A stretch of 61,177 bases of DNA, filler included. It is 3 parts of 3 records of this genome, joined end to end, with 100 filler letters (N's around TTAATTAATTAA, not from the genome) between each part and the next. Parts side by side here need not be neighbours in the genome. Positions count along the whole stretch, not along the records: positions 55,412 to 61,177 come from SRR20825019_440; 2 more parts are not named here. One strand, written 5' to 3'. Under the pieces are notes generated by a model. The model saw only the letters and a list, made by a program, of their open reading frames with translations. It was not told where the DNA came from and made no database searches. A program made the translations under genes and the position numbers. Position 1 is the stretch's first letter. Each line of letters opens with the position of its first letter. This document shows, one piece after another, positions 59,996 through 61,177 of the stretch.

Positions 59996-60116
59996 ATTCG
60001 CGAATGCCAGTATGGCCGGGGACTGGACAAGTCGGAGGGTCGAAATAAATTGAGCTCACGTTCGCACTGCAATATGGTGCGGCTTCATTGTTGATGTTCC
60101 TCAGGAAAGGCGCGCT

Positions 60117-60500
60117 ATGAGCGTTTCCAACCGCCCTCTTTCCCCGCATCTTCAGGTCTATAGGCTACCTCTAACCGCGATAACGTCGATCCTGCACCGG
60201 GCGACAGGAGTCGCGCTTGGCATCGGGACGTTGTTTCTCGTGTGGTGGCTGATGGCAGCGGCGACTGGTGGGGGCTATTTCGAGTTTGTGCAGAGCATCA
60301 TGGGGTCCTGGATTGGCCTTCTGATCCTGTTCGGCTTTTCCTTTGCCCTGTTTTTCCATCTTTGCAACGGCATCCGCCATCTGTTCTGGGATAGCGGTTA
60401 CGGCTTCGAGATCGAGACGGCTGAGAAGGCGACCAAACTGGTCATCGCCGCCTCGGTGGTCCTGACCGTTCTGGCCTGGATACTTGCCTGCGCCCTTTAA
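60117..60500 (+). CDS. sdhC: succinate dehydrogenase cytochrome b556 subunit
   Basis: NRPLSPHLQVYR, SILHRATG, HLCNGIRHLFWD. Confidence 0.96.
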   Translation: MSVSNRPLSPHLQVYRLPLTAITSILHRATGVALGIGTLFLVWWLMAAATGGGYFEFVQSIMGSWIGLLILFGFSFALFFHLCNGIRHLFWDSGYGFEIETAEKATKLVIAASVVLTVLAWILACAL

Positions 60501-60539
60501 GAGGCTGGGCCAACAAAAAGACTCTTTTGAGAGGCTGGT

Positions 60540-60929
60540 ATGACTGACAATTCAATGCGTACGCCGATCGGCCGTGTGCGCGGTCTTGGCAGCGCCAAGA
60601 GCGGTCTGCATCACTGGTGGATGCAGCGTGTGACCGCCGTGGCGCTGATCCCGCTGACACTCTGGTTCGTGGCGTCCCTGATCTCGCTGGCCGGAGCCGG
60701 TTATGCGGAGACCGTTGCCTGGCTTGGCTCACCCGTCGTCGCCGTTCTGATGATCGCCCTGATCATTGCGACCTTCTATCATGCGGCGCTCGGCCTGCAG
60801 GTCGTGATCGAGGACTACGTTCATCACGAAGGCGTAAAGCTGGTAACCCTTCTCGGTGTGAAGCTGCTCGCTTCCCTTCTTGCAATTGCCGCCCTGTTCG
60901 CGGTGCTTAAACTCGCTTTCGGAGGCTGA
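60540..60929 (+). CDS. sdhD: succinate dehydrogenase membrane anchor
   Basis: [33 protein letters not shown]. Confidence 0.96.
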   Translation: MTDNSMRTPIGRVRGLGSAKSGLHHWWMQRVTAVALIPLTLWFVASLISLAGAGYAETVAWLGSPVVAVLMIALIIATFYHAALGLQVVIEDYVHHEGVKLVTLLGVKLLASLLAIAALFAVLKLAFGG

Positions 60930-60934
60930 GCTCC

Positions 60935-61177
60935 ATGAAGTCCTACGAGATCATTGATCATACCTACGACGTCATCGTCGTGGGCGCCGGCGGTGCCGGC
61001 CTGCGTGCCGCCTTCGGGATGGCAAACGAAGGCCTGAAGACCGCCTGCATCACCAAGGTCTTTCCGACCCGCTCCCATACTGTGGCAGCGCAGGGCGGTG
61101 TTGGCGCCGCGCTCAACAATATGGGTGAGGGCGATAACTGGAAATTCCACATGTACGACACCGTCAAGGGGTCGGAC
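60935..61177 (+). CDS. sdhA: succinate dehydrogenase flavoprotein, 3' truncated
   Basis: My translation: [26 protein letters not shown]...[12 protein letters not shown]...[10 protein letters not shown] (FAD-linked His motif); absent from the ORF track. Confidence 0.96.
   Translation, partial: MKSYEIIDHTYDVIVVGAGGAGLRAAFGMANEGLKTACITKVFPTRSHTVAAQGGVGAALNNMGEGDNWKFHMYDTVKGSD

Noticed and set aside
60496-60539. AGAGGCTGG repeated between sdhC and sdhD
   Set aside because: Short and overlapping the RBS; probably coincidental
1-61177. CRISPR arrays, tRNA/rRNA genes, integrases, transposases, phage or defence genes
   Set aside because: None recognised by eye; tRNAscan, Infernal and DefenseFinder would be needed to exclude them

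Overview
The window is three separate contigs joined by artificial 100-nt linkers (N44-TTAATTAATTAA-N44 at 26742-26841 and 55312-55411), so gene adjacency across a linker means nothing. Taxonomic labels below are inferred from protein style only. Contig A (1-26741, Hyphomicrobiales/Devosia-like) has about 16.5 kb of redox and stress accessory genes: HxlR, TetR, AraC and LysR regulators, SDRs, alpha/beta hydrolases, a ThDP enzyme plus aldehyde dehydrogenase, an LLM monooxygenase, pirin and a DUF5996-GNAT fusion. These are followed by an iron-siderophore ABC importer, cfa, recJ, glpX and a partial hom. Contig B (26842-55311, Opitutales/Verrucomicrobia-like) is a large glycosylation locus. It holds nucleotide-sugar enzymes (rmlA, rmlB, and a plant NRS/ER-like epimerase/reductase with no rmlC), three polyprenol-phosphate glycosyltransferases and several very large GT-C-like membrane proteins, two of which look like tandem double-module fusions. 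An ECF sigma/FecR/TonB-dependent transducer cassette sits inside it. Contig C (55412-61177, Rhodospirillales-like) carries partial asd, an orphan ECF sigma, pdxY, a CitE/Mcl-family enzyme, an exported pentapeptide-repeat protein, an AT-rich intergenic region with clustered DnaA boxes, and sdhC-sdhD-sdhA (partial). The best novelty candidates are the double GT-C periplasmic glycosylation system, the NRS/ER-type rhamnose pathway, the DnaA-box cluster upstream of sdhC, and a LysR regulon defined by twin 22-bp operators. All family calls come from motif recognition; no database search was run.
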